A stretch of 64,000 nucleotides of DNA from an uncultured Gemmatimonadaceae bacterium (GTDB taxonomy: Bacteria; Gemmatimonadota; Gemmatimonadetes; Gemmatimonadales; Gemmatimonadaceae), in contig CAVVTZ010000005.1 in NCBI GenBank assembly GCA_963751275.1, positions 1 to 64,000 on the forward strand, in the 5' to 3' direction. The notes under the pieces were generated by a model, which saw only the letters and a list, made by a program, of their open reading frames with translations, had not been told where the DNA came from and made no database searches. Below, in pieces: positions 10,951 through 22,537 of the stretch (its first letter is position 1; every line of letters starts with the position of its first letter). The translations under genes were made by a program, and so were the position numbers.

Positions 10951-11459
10951 GGCTTGAGAGGAGTTTGCAAGATGTTGTGTCCTGGGCTGCTGCAGGGCCG
11001 AGCACGAGGCAACCTACCAGCAGCACGCAGACACTTCGCCGGATGGACTTGCCCACAGACACAACACCTCAACCTGGCTTCGATTCCCTTATGCGCCTTT
11101 CCGGTCCGTTCGTGCCGGGGAGAGGTTCGCAACTTCTATTGTAATTCTGAGTATCAACTTCGCCCGTTTTGTCCGTGATCCGTCCGTAAGGCGTGAGCGG
11201 GGAGTGGAATCGGTGCATGGCAAGTGGACGATGTACGGAGATGAGCACAAATCAGTTGGGGCGACGGCTGGCACGTCATAAAGACCGAGTCCTGACGTGT
11301 TAGGCAGAATTCAAAACGCACCGTGTTGGGGTTGCCTAAGATTGGGATTTCCCAAGACTGTCAACGGTCACGCCGCCATGCCTCGGCCCAGCAGTTGATC
11401 TGCGCAGCATCAACTCTGCGACCTGAGCGGGCCCGACCAGTGCACGTGCGACGAGCCGC

Positions 11460-12137
11460 TGCGTGGCGGTCGAACACGACGCGCGCGGGCGGGCGGCGCG
11501 GCGCCGGCGCGTCGCGCACGTCGAGCATCGGGTCGTCCGCGAGCGCCGTGCCGATCCCGACGGCCACCGCGTCGCTGCCGGCGCGCAGCGCGTGCACCTC
11601 GGCGCGCGCGCCGGGACCGGTGATCCACTTCGATTTCCCGTGGGCGTCGGCCATCGCGGCATCCGCGGAGAGCGCGAGCTTCAGCGTCACCCACGGCCGG
11701 TCGGATCTGAACGCATTGAAGAACGGCGCGTTCAACTCGCACGACTCGTTCGCGCGGAGACCGGTGTCCACCTGGACGCCGGCGGCGCGGAGCCGCGCGA
11801 TGCCGCCGGCGGCCTCGGGGTTCGGGTCCCGCGCGGCGACCACCACCCGCGCGATGCCGGCGCGCACGATCGCGTCGGCGCAGGGCGGCGTCTTCCCATG
11901 GTGCGCGCAGGGTTCCAGCGTCACGTACATCGTCGCGCCACGCGCCGCGTCGCCCGCGCGGTCGAGCGCCACCACCTCGGCGTGCGCCTCGCCGTACACG
12001 GCGTGCCACCCGACGGCGGCCACGCGCCCGCCCTGCACGACGACGGCGCCGACCATTGGGTTCGGCGCCGTCTGTCCCCACCCCCGCCGCGCCGCTTCGA
12101 GCGCGAGGTCCATGTACCGGGCGTCGCCGGCAGCCAT
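11460..12137 (-). CDS. ribD: Riboflavin biosynthesis deaminase/reductase, 3'-truncated at the junction
   Basis: PNPMVGAV, HAE, TLEPCAHHGKTPPC, SKWITG and VGIGTALADDP. Resemblance stops after RVVFDR. Confidence 0.9.
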
Positions 12138-12150
12138 TAGCTCCGTCGCC

Positions 12151-13156
12151 TCACCGCCCAATCGAGATGGCCGCCGTGAGGAATGAGTGGGACGAGTTCG
12201 CGGCGGGATCGAAGGTGTTGTACGTCTGGATCTGCCCGCCGGAGCTCGCGCCCAACTCCACCGTGACCGCCACGTCGCTGCCCAGGTCCACGCCGAAGTC
12301 GCCGAACCAATCCGTTTGCGTGCTCGTGGCCGAGATCGCGGGCGAGACGGTAGGGTTCACGCCGTTCACCGACCACATGAGCAGTCCCGACGCGTCGTAC
12401 CGCGTCTGCCCGCCGCCCGCCACGAGGCTCACGATCCCGAAGTGCTTGCCCACCGTGACGGTCCATCCCGAGGTGTTCATCTTCATCTGCGACACGGCGA
12501 TGGTGTTCTGGAGCACATCGCTGGCTTGGATCGTCGTCGTCGGCAGGTCCTTCACGACGTAGGTAAAGCCGACGGCGGGAATGACCTTCGCCTCCTGGAT
12601 CACGCCCACGCGCCCGCCGTACGCGAGATAGATCTTGTGCGCCGCAGACATGGAGTACCCGCCGGCCGACGTACCCGGCAGCACGTTGAAGCCGGCGATC
12701 GCGTCGACCGCGCCGACGTGGAGCGCGCCGAGCTCGAACCCCTTGAAGAGGCCCAGCGCGCCATTCACGGAGAACTGGATGTAATCGGCGCCGGTCATGG
12801 GAATGGCCTGCGGGAACGCCGGGCCGGTCGGGATCCCGGCGCCGAACTCCTTGATCGCCGGCACGTCGAACGTGGCGCCGGTGAGCTGCATGCCGACGCG
12901 CCACTTCAGCCACCCTCCCATCGCGTCGGCCCGCCCGATCTCCTGGTTGCCGGCGCTCACCACCGACACGTACTGCTGCGAGCCGTAGCCGAACATGTCG
13001 TAGATCATTCTGGCAGGGATTCCCGCCCTGGAGCGTGGATCCGACGAACGCGGGGTCGTTGCAGGCGGGGTTCACGGACCCGCCCTGCGCCGCAGCGAGT
13101 GCGGGGACTGTCACGATCAGGGCGAAGAGACCGACCAAGCAGCGTCGCATGCGCAT
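12151..13156 (-). CDS. Secreted hypothetical protein, probable outer-membrane beta-barrel (frameshift ~13010)
   Basis: Signal peptide MRMRRCLVGLFALIVTVPALAAAQ joins ORF 12151..13008, which is Gly/aromatic-rich with amphipathic strand-like segments. Confidence 0.6.
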
Positions 13157-14193
13157 TACTCCCGTTCGGAGGAGAGTCGCACCCGGCCGGTGCCGGGCGC
13201 GACGTGACCCATCACCCACGCGTGGTCGCTCGCGCGCTTCGCGGAAGCGATCACGGCATCCACCGCATCCGGCGGCGCGATGACGACGATGCCGACCCCC
13301 ATGTTGAACGCGCGGAACATCTCCGTGCGCTCCACGCCGCCGGCGCGCTCGAGCGCGCGGAAGACGTTCGGGATCTCCCAGCTCGACGTGTCGACAATCG
13401 CATCCATCGATACCGGGAGCGCGCGGTCGAGGTTCCCCGGCAAGCCGCCGCCAGTGATGTGCGCCATCGCATGCACACGGTCAAGCACCGGGCGCAGCGC
13501 CGCGAGATAGGACCGGTGCACCGCCAGCAGCACATCGGCCACGGACCCGCCGCCCCCCGGGAACGGCGCGTCCCAGCCGAGCTTCATCCGGTCCGCCACG
13601 ATGCGGCGCGCGAGCGAATACCCATTCGTGTGCAGCCCCGAACTCGCGATGCCGACGAGCACGTCGCCGTTCCGCACCCGCTCCGCGCCGAGCACGTTCG
13701 GCTCCTCGACGAGACCGACGATGAACCCGGCGAGATCGTAGTCGGGCGGCGTGTACACACCCGGCATCTCGGCCGTCTCGCCGCCGAGCAGCGCGCAGCC
13801 GTTCTCGCGGCAGCCCGCGGCGACGCCGCGCACCACCGCCTCCACCACCGACGGCACCAGCGCGCCAAAGGCGACGTAATCGAGGAAGAAGAGCGGTGCC
13901 GCGCCCTGCACCAGGATGTCGTTGGTGCAGTGGTTCACGAGATCGTGGCCCACGGTGTCGTGCCGCTCCGTCTCGATCGCGATCTTGATCTTGGTGCCCA
14001 CGCCATCGGCACTCGCGACGAGCAGCGGCGCTCTCGCCCCCTCGGGCACGCGGAAGAGCCCGCCAAAGCCGCCGAACTTCCCGCGCATGCCCGCCGTGAA
14101 CGTGCTCTCCACGAGTTTCGCGATGCGGTGCTTGGAATCGTCCGCCGCATCGATGTCCACGCCCGCCGAGCGGTAGTCGAGCTTGCCGCTCAC
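13156..14193 (-). CDS. purM: Phosphoribosylformylglycinamidine cyclo-ligase
   Basis: YRSAGVDI, DGVGTK, GGETAEMPG, SSGLHTNGYSL, HITGGG and FNMGVG. GTG start overlaps the upstream stop. Confidence 0.95.
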   Translation of the reverse strand: MSGKLDYRSAGVDIDAADDSKHRIAKLVESTFTAGMRGKFGGFGGLFRVPEGARAPLLVASADGVGTKIKIAIETERHDTVGHDLVNHCTNDILVQGAAPLFFLDYVAFGALVPSVVEAVVRGVAAGCRENGCALLGGETAEMPGVYTPPDYDLAGFIVGLVEEPNVLGAERVRNGDVLVGIASSGLHTNGYSLARRIVADRMKLGWDAPFPGGGGSVADVLLAVHRSYLAALRPVLDRVHAMAHITGGGLPGNLDRALPVSMDAIVDTSSWEIPNVFRALERAGGVERTEMFRAFNMGVGIVVIAPPDAVDAVIASAKRASDHAWVMGHVAPGTGRVRLSSERE

Positions 14194-15107
14194 GCGCCGA
14201 TCTCCTGCTCGAACGCCACGAGGCGGTGGATCTCGCTCACGCGCGCCGAGATGTCCTTCATCGTCACCTCGAAGATCCGCGCCGCCGAGAAGCGCTCGAC
14301 GGCGAACGATCCCATCGCCGAGCCGTACACGATCGCGCGGCGCAGGTTCGGCTCGCTGAGATCGCCGCTGCGCGCGAGGTAGCCGATGAAGCCGCCGGCG
14401 AACGAGTCGCCCGCGCCCGTCGGGTCGAACACCTCCTCGAGCGGATACGCCGGCGCGTAGAAGACGCTGTGCCCCGAGAACATGAACGCCCCGTTCTCCC
14501 CCTTCTTGATCACGACGTGGCGCGGGCCGCGCGCCATGATCCAGCGCGCCGCCTTCACGAGATTCACTTCCTCGGTGAGCTGGCGCGCTTCGGCATCGTT
14601 CACCGTGAGGATGTCCACGTGCGCGAGCAGCGCGAGGAGATCGGCGCGCCGGCTCTCGATCCAGAAGTTCATCGTGTCGCACGCCACGAGGCGCGGCTTG
14701 TCCACCTGCTGCAATACGTCGAGTTGCAGCCGCGGATCGATGTTCCCGAGGAACACGAAGGGCGCGCTCCGGAACTGCGGCGGGATCTTCGGCCGGAAAT
14801 GCGAGAAGACGCCGAGCCGCGTCTCGAGCGTCTCGGCCGTGTTCAGGTCGTGGCGATAGCGGCCGCGCCAGCGGAAGCTCTCGCCCGCGGCGTGCTCGAG
14901 CCCGCCGAGGTCGACACCGCGCTTCTCGAGCGGCGCGAGCTGGTCGAGCGGGAAATCCGAACCGACCACGCCCACCAGCTGCACCGGCGCGAAATGGCTG
15001 GCCGCCGCCGAGAAGAACGTGGCGGATCCGCCGAGCACGTTGTCGGCGCGGCCGAACGGCGTCTCGACCGAGTCGAGCGCCACCGATCCCACGACGAGGA
15101 CGCTCAC
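14190..15107 (-). CDS. PfkB-family carbohydrate/nucleoside kinase
   Basis: GSVALD...LGGS N-terminus and DPTGAGDSFAGG signature. Confidence 0.9.
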   Translation of the reverse strand: MSVLVVGSVALDSVETPFGRADNVLGGSATFFSAAASHFAPVQLVGVVGSDFPLDQLAPLEKRGVDLGGLEHAAGESFRWRGRYRHDLNTAETLETRLGVFSHFRPKIPPQFRSAPFVFLGNIDPRLQLDVLQQVDKPRLVACDTMNFWIESRRADLLALLAHVDILTVNDAEARQLTEEVNLVKAARWIMARGPRHVVIKKGENGAFMFSGHSVFYAPAYPLEEVFDPTGAGDSFAGGFIGYLARSGDLSEPNLRRAIVYGSAMGSFAVERFSAARIFEVTMKDISARVSEIHRLVAFEQEIGA

Positions 15108-16747
15108 ATGCGATCCGGCGCCGTGATGCCGAGCAGCGCGAGGCCGTTGCGGAGCACCTCGCGCGCGGCGCGTGCGAGGACGAGGCGGGCATTGGTGATC
15201 GCCTCAGGTTCATTGAGCACGTGGTGCTTGTGGTACCAGGTATGCACGAGGCTCGCGGTGTCGTGGAGGTAGCCGGCGACGCGGTGCGGCTCGAGCGCGC
15301 CGACGGCGCCCGAGACGAGATCGGGGAAGTCCAGCAGGGCGGCGATCAGCTCCTGTTCCTCCGGCGCGGAGAGCACGCCCAGGTCCACGCCGGCGCCGGT
15401 GACCGATGCCGGATCGATCTCCCCCACCCGGAATATGCCGGACATCCGCGCGTGCGCCATCTGCACGTAGTACACGGGATTGTCCTCGGACTGCGAGCGC
15501 GCCAGATCGATGTCGAACACGAGCGACGAGTCGGCCTTGCGCATCAGGAAGAAATAGCGCGTGGCATCGCGCCCCACCTCATCGATCAGTTCGCGCACGG
15601 TGACGATGTTCCCCGTCCGCTTGGAGAACTTCACCTCTTCGCCGCCGCGCATGAGCGTCACCATCTGGTGCAGCACGTACTCCGGGTAGCCGAGCGGGAT
15701 GCCCAGTCCCAGCGCCTGCAGCCCCGCGCGCACGCGCGTAACGGTGCTGTGGTGGTCGGAGCCCTGTACATCGATCGCGCGATGGAATCCGCGGCGCCAC
15801 TTGGTGACGTGATAGGCGACGTCCGGCAGGAAGTACGTGTACGTGCCGTCCTTCTTCCGCATCACGCGGTCCTTGTCGTCGCCGAACTGCGTGGTGCGCA
15901 GCCAGACCGCGCCATCGTGCGCGTACGTGTGGCCGGCATCCATGAGCGCCTTGACCGTCTCCTCCACCTGGCCGCCGGAGTAGAGCGAGCTCTCGAGGAA
16001 GTACGTGTCGAACGCGATCCCGAACGCCTGCAGATCGAGATCCTGTTCCTTGCGCAGTTCCGCGACGGCGAACGAGGTGACCGCCGCGAGGTCGGCGCCC
16101 GCCGCATCCTTCGCGTGCGCGGCCGTGTAGCGCCCCGCGATCTCGGTGACATACTCGCCCTGGTAGCCGCCGTCGGGCACCGGCACGTCGCGACCGGCGG
16201 CCTGCGCGATGCGCGCCTGCACGCTCAGCCCGAGATTCGTGATCTGCGCGCCGGCATCGTTGTAGTAATACTCGCGCGACACCTTCCACCCCGCGGCCTC
16301 GAGCAGCCGCGAGATCGCGTCGCCGAGCGCGGCCTGGCGGCCGTGGCCGACGTGCAGCGGCCCGGTAGGGTTCGCGCTCACGAACTCCACGTTCACCGCC
16401 TTGCCGCCGCCGTTGTTCGAATGGCCGTAACGCGCGCCCTCGGCGATGATCGTCACGAGGCCGCTCGCGTTCGCCGCCGGCACGAGATGGAAATTGATGA
16501 AGCCGGGGCCCGCGATCTCCACCTTCGCGACGCCGGCGGCCGCGAGGTCGAGCGACGCGACGATCGCGTCGGCGAGCTCGCGCGGCTTGCGGCGCAGCGG
16601 TTTGGCGAGCGTCATCGCGACGTTGGAGGACCAATGCCCGTGCGCGGTGTCGCGCGGGCGCTCCATGAGCGGATCGATGGGTTCGGGCGCACCGAGCGCG
16701 CGCGCCGCCTTCACCAGCGCGGCGTGGATCGTGTCGCGCGGGGTCAT
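15104..16747 (-). CDS. argS: Arginine--tRNA ligase
   Basis: EFVSANPTGPLHVGHGR, KFSKRTG and NPVYYVQMAHAR. Confidence 0.97.
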   Translation of the reverse strand: MTPRDTIHAALVKAARALGAPEPIDPLMERPRDTAHGHWSSNVAMTLAKPLRRKPRELADAIVASLDLAAAGVAKVEIAGPGFINFHLVPAANASGLVTIIAEGARYGHSNNGGGKAVNVEFVSANPTGPLHVGHGRQAALGDAISRLLEAAGWKVSREYYYNDAGAQITNLGLSVQARIAQAAGRDVPVPDGGYQGEYVTEIAGRYTAAHAKDAAGADLAAVTSFAVAELRKEQDLDLQAFGIAFDTYFLESSLYSGGQVEETVKALMDAGHTYAHDGAVWLRTTQFGDDKDRVMRKKDGTYTYFLPDVAYHVTKWRRGFHRAIDVQGSDHHSTVTRVRAGLQALGLGIPLGYPEYVLHQMVTLMRGGEEVKFSKRTGNIVTVRELIDEVGRDATRYFFLMRKADSSLVFDIDLARSQSEDNPVYYVQMAHARMSGIFRVGEIDPASVTGAGVDLGVLSAPEEQELIAALLDFPDLVSGAVGALEPHRVAGYLHDTASLVHTWYHKHHVLNEPEAITNARLVLARAAREVLRNGLALLGITAPDRM

Positions 16748-17073
16748 TCCCCGCCCTTCGGCTTCTTCGGCGCAGGGCCCTCGGACTTCGGCGCGGGCGC
16801 CGGCGCCGGTGAGGATCCGGCGTCGCTCTTGCCGCCCTCGCCCTTACCGCCCTCGGTCTTCGGCGACGCGGCCTCCTGCTTCTTCTTGCCGTCCTTGCCG
16901 TAGTCGGTGATGTAGAAGCCCGACCCCTTGAAGACGAGTCCCGCGCCCGAGATCAGACGCGACGCGATCTCGCCGCACTCCGGGCAGGCTGGTGCGGCTT
17001 CCGCATCGCTGATCTTGCGGACGAACCGCTCGAAGCGGTGACCGCGGGGACACGCGTACTCATACGTCGGCAT
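16744..17073 (-). CDS. FmdB-family zinc-ribbon protein
   Basis: MPTYEYAC...CPECG...FKGSGFYITDY plus a low-complexity tail. Confidence 0.9.
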   Translation of the reverse strand: MPTYEYACPRGHRFERFVRKISDAEAAPACPECGEIASRLISGAGLVFKGSGFYITDYGKDGKKKQEAASPKTEGGKGEGGKSDAGSSPAPAPAPKSEGPAPKKPKGGE

Positions 17074-17108
17074 CTTCGGGATCTTCGCGAGGGGAGGACC
17101 AACTACCA

Positions 17109-17137
17109 AAGCTAGCCTTACGGAGGCCTCGACTCAA
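17109..17137 (-). promoter_or_regulatory. sigma70-like promoter for the FmdB-argS-pfkB-purM run
   Basis: Minus strand TTGAGT, 17 nt, TAGCTT. Confidence 0.5.
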
Positions 17138-17207
17138 CGGCGGGAGGCGTCAGTCGTACAACTTGAGAGGCGCGTCTAGCGTCTAGTACTGCCACGGCGG
17201 GAGTGGG

Positions 17208-18799
<1,592 letters not shown>

Positions 18800-18841
18800 G
18801 GTGCCTCGCGATGCGCGCCGCGGCGCGCCGTCGCACGCGCG

Positions 18842-19852
18842 CTACGAGGCGGCGAGCGCCGAGGCCGCCATCGCCACCTCGTCGCTGTTGCCGATGAACA
18901 GCGGAGTGCGCTGGTGCAGCTCGGTGGGCGCGATGTCCAGGATGCGCCGCGTGCCGTCCGACGCGGCGCCGCCCGCCTGCTCGACGATGAACGCGAGCGG
19001 ATTCGCTTCGTACAGGAGCCGCAGTTTCCCCTTGGGCGTCTTCGTGTTCGCCGGATACGCGAACACGCCGCCCCCCAGCAGGTTGCGATGGAAGTCCGCC
19101 ACCAGGCTGCCCACGTAGCGCACGTTGAGCGGCTTGCGGCCCGCCTTCGAGTCCGCGGTACTGGCGCATGAGCGTCTTCACGCGCGGGTCCCAGAGCGGC
19201 TCGTACGAATCGTTCACCGAGAGATACCGGCCGGTGGGCGGGACCTTGATGTTCGGGTGCGAGAGCAGGAACTCGCCGATCGACGGATCGAGCGTGAAGC
19301 CGTGCACGCCCTGTCCCGTGGTGTACACGAGCATCGTGCTGGAGCCGTAGATGACGTAGCCGGCCGCGACCTGTCGGCGGCCCGGCTGCAGGAGATCCTC
19401 GAGCTCGCCGCGCGCGCCGCGCGTGATCTTCTTCACGACGGAGAAGATCGTGCCGACGGGCACGTTGACGTCGATGTTCGACGAACCGTCGAGCGGATCG
19501 AACAGCAGCAGATATTTCCCGGGCGGAATCCATCGGGGATCTGGATGATCTCGGGCTCTTCCTCGCTCGCCATCGCGCAGAGCCGCCCGGCATGGTCCAT
19601 CGCCTTCACGACGATCTCGTTGGCGATGACGTCCAGCTTCTGCTGCACCTCGCCCTGCACGTTCTCGGTGCCGGCGGTGCCCAGGATGTCCACGAGGCCG
19701 GCGCTGCGCACCTTGTTCGCGATCATCTTCGCGGCAAGCGCCATGTCGTACAGGATGCCGGAGAGTTCGCCGGTGGCCTCGGGGTGGAGGCGCTCCTGCT
19801 CGATGATGAACCGTTCGATCGTGACGACCGACGTGCTGGTGTGGTTGACCAC
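18842..19852 (-). CDS. fbp: Class 1 fructose-1,6-bisphosphatase (frameshifts ~19130, ~19530)
   Basis: [40 protein letters not shown] and [11 protein letters not shown]. Confidence 0.93.
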
Positions 19853-19952
19853 GCTTCAGAGGGCGGAGGACGGATCTCGGCGGTCGGCGGTCGACTGTCG
19901 CCTGCGGTCGGAATTTCCGGTGCGGCGGGAGATACTGCAAGGGTGGGAACGC

Positions 19953-22160
19953 CTACGGATCCGGCGGCAGGGTCCAGTCGCCGCCGGAATCCGCGACGAT
20001 GACGCGGCGGCCGTCGGTGCGCACGACCACGGTGCCGGCGCGATCGGTTCGGATCACGGCGGCGCCGGCGCGGGTGAGATTCGCGAGGGTCTCCCCGCTC
20101 GGATGACCGTATGTGTTGCCGGCGCCCACGGAAATGATCGCGAGGCGCGGATGCACCGCAGCCAGGAAGCCCGGCGTGCTGCTCGTCTTGCTCCCGTGAT
20201 GCGCCACCTTGAGCACCGCGGCGCGCAGCCCGTCGCCATAGCGCGCGACGAGGCGGTCCTCCTCCCCCGCCTCGGCGTCGCCAGTGAGCAGGAATCGCAC
20301 GCCGCCGTATTCGACGAGGGTCACCACGCTCGCGGCGTTCGGGTCGCGCAGGCCGGTCATCCAGGCTGAATCGGGAGCCAGCACGCGCACCACCACGCCG
20401 TCCACCGCGAGCGTGTCGCCCGGATGCGCCCGGTGCCAGGGCACGCGCGCGCTGTCCGCGGCGAGCAGCGACGCGTGATACGGATCGCTCGTGCCGGCGA
20501 AGGCGCCATCCCAGTACGTGGCGGGGTGGAGCGCGCGCATCACCGTCGCCGCCCCGCCGGCGTGATCGGCGTGCGGATGCGTGAGCACGAAGAGCGCGAC
20601 CGCGCCGCCGTAACGGCGGAGATACGGCACCACCGTGCTCCGCCCCGCGTCGCCGCCGGGCCAGGCGCGTCCCGCATCGGTGAGGATCCAGCGGCCGCGC
20701 GGCGTGCGCACCGCCACGGCGTCCCCCTGGCCCACGTCGATCACGTGCAGCTCCATTCCGCGCGGCGGGGTGAGCACGTCGGGGCACCAGACGGCCGCCG
20801 CGAGCGCCGTGAGCGCCGCCATGAGCGAGCGTTCGGGGAAATAGCTGGCGCACGCGACGAGCATCGCGATGGCGGCGATGCCCGCCAGCGTCGCGGCCGC
20901 GAGCGTCGGCGCGACGTGCAACGACGCGCCGGGGATCGCCGCGCCCGCCGTGGCGATCGCGCCGAATGCCGCGAGCATCGGATGCGCGGCGCCGGCGACG
21001 AACCGCGCGACGGCCGGCCACGGCGACAGCACGAGCGCCAGGAAGAGCGTTGGCTGCAGCACCGCCACCACCGGCGTCGCGGCGATGTTCGTCAGCGGCG
21101 CGATGAGGCTCACGCGGCCGAAGTACCAGGCCACGAGCGGGGCGCTCGCGAACGTCGCGATCGTCGAGATGAGCGCCACCGTCGCGATCGCGGAGCGCCA
21201 GCCGCCGGGCTTCGCGCACCACTTCTTGGCGAGGATCCCGCCGGCGATCAAGCTCGCCATGCCGAGCACGCTGAGCTGATAGCCGAGATCCGTGACGGTG
21301 CGCGGATCGACCAACGGCGCGGCCGCCCCGAGCGCGAGCACCGCCCACGCGGACACCGGGCGTTGGACCTGACGCGTGAGCGCGGCGGCGCCGAGCATCA
21401 CGCCGGACCGGAGCGCCGGCGGCGGCGCGCCGATCACCGCGAGATAGAGCGCGATGACGATCAGCGTCGCCGCGGTCGCCGCGCCGCTGCGCAGGCGGAG
21501 CGCGAGGAAGAGGAGCCGCACCGCCGCCGCGATGATCGCGACGTGCAGCCCGGAGATCGAGAGCATGTGGATGATGCCCGCGGCGGCGAAGCGGTCCTTG
21601 ACCGCCGGATCGATGGCGCGCTGGTCCGCGATGAGCAGCGCGCGGACCATCGGCGCGTCAGCGCCGAAGAGCGCGTCGATGCGTTCGCCCGCGCCGGCCC
21701 GGGCGCGAAGCAGGAGGGATCCGCCTTCGTCGGGCGAGAGCGCCGCATGCGCAATCCGGATGCCGCGCGGCGCGGCCGATGCCTCGCCGCGAACGCGCAC
21801 CGCGTCGCCGGCGCCCGCCGTTCCCCGCGCCACCGCGAGCGACGCGCGCACCAGGCAACCATCGACGGTCGCGTCGCCGGCGAGGAACGCGCCCGGCGAC
21901 GCCGCTTCATCCAGGACGACACGCCACTCACGCACCTCAAGTATTCGCCGGAGGCACCGCGCGCGCGCGCCGTCATCGGCGCGAGCAATGAGCAGGCCTG
22001 CGGCCGCGAGCGCGCCCAGCGCGATCAGCGAGCGCCGCCCGCTCGCGCATCCGCCGATCGCGAGCATGGCCGCCGCGCACGCGCCCGCGAGCGGCACGCC
22101 GGCGAATCCGAGCAGGAGTCCCGCCGCGAACGACGCGACGGCATAGGCGATGAGCGGCAT
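19953..22160 (-). CDS. comEC: DNA internalization competence protein ComEC/Rec2
   Basis: HMLSISGLHV competence domain. DVGQGD, THPHADHAGG and KVAHHGS metallo-beta-lactamase domain. Confidence 0.93.
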   Translation of the reverse strand: MPLIAYAVASFAAGLLLGFAGVPLAGACAAAMLAIGGCASGRRSLIALGALAAAGLLIARADDGARARCLRRILEVREWRVVLDEAASPGAFLAGDATVDGCLVRASLAVARGTAGAGDAVRVRGEASAAPRGIRIAHAALSPDEGGSLLLRARAGAGERIDALFGADAPMVRALLIADQRAIDPAVKDRFAAAGIIHMLSISGLHVAIIAAAVRLLFLALRLRSGAATAATLIVIALYLAVIGAPPPALRSGVMLGAAALTRQVQRPVSAWAVLALGAAAPLVDPRTVTDLGYQLSVLGMASLIAGGILAKKWCAKPGGWRSAIATVALISTIATFASAPLVAWYFGRVSLIAPLTNIAATPVVAVLQPTLFLALVLSPWPAVARFVAGAAHPMLAAFGAIATAGAAIPGASLHVAPTLAAATLAGIAAIAMLVACASYFPERSLMAALTALAAAVWCPDVLTPPRGMELHVIDVGQGDAVAVRTPRGRWILTDAGRAWPGGDAGRSTVVPYLRRYGGAVALFVLTHPHADHAGGAATVMRALHPATYWDGAFAGTSDPYHASLLAADSARVPWHRAHPGDTLAVDGVVVRVLAPDSAWMTGLRDPNAASVVTLVEYGGVRFLLTGDAEAGEEDRLVARYGDGLRAAVLKVAHHGSKTSSTPGFLAAVHPRLAIISVGAGNTYGHPSGETLANLTRAGAAVIRTDRAGTVVVRTDGRRVIVADSGGDWTLPPDP

Positions 22161-22252
22161 GGGGCGGCGCGCGCGGCGCCGGGACGCTGACTCCCATGCA
22201 TAGGCCGCGCACGGGTGCGGCCACGCATCCTACCGTTGTGCGATGGTCCCTT

Positions 22253-22537
22253 TCACTCCGCCGGGCGCGGCACGCGCGGGTGCCGCGGGTTCATTGCCAC
22301 GAGCTTGATCGCGTCGATCACCGTCACTGCGAGCTCGGCCCGCCGCCCCTCCTTCTGCAGGTCCACGTTCACCAGCGTACGGCCGGGATTCTCCTCCACC
22401 GTATACCGCGGCGAGAGATGGTTGAGCGCGTACGTGATCGCGTCGTTCTCACAGCGCTCGCAGCGGCATGCCTCCGGGAAATTCTCGCGCAGCTCGCGGT
22501 AGAGCTCGCGGATGGACCCCTCGAGAAGATTCTTCAT
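22253..22537 (-). CDS. ComFB-family protein
   Basis: MKNLLE...CRCERCENDAITYALNHLSPRY...NPRH matches the ComFB pattern (CxCxxC, ALN.LP.RY, PRH). Confidence 0.85.
   Translation of the reverse strand: MKNLLEGSIRELYRELRENFPEACRCERCENDAITYALNHLSPRYTVEENPGRTLVNVDLQKEGRRAELAVTVIDAIKLVAMNPRHPRVPRPAE

Noticed and set aside
9706..11400. Riboswitch or ncRNA in the non-coding tracts 9706-9988 and 11100-11400
   Set aside because: No recognisable conserved motif or convincing long stem by eye. An Rfam scan would be needed.
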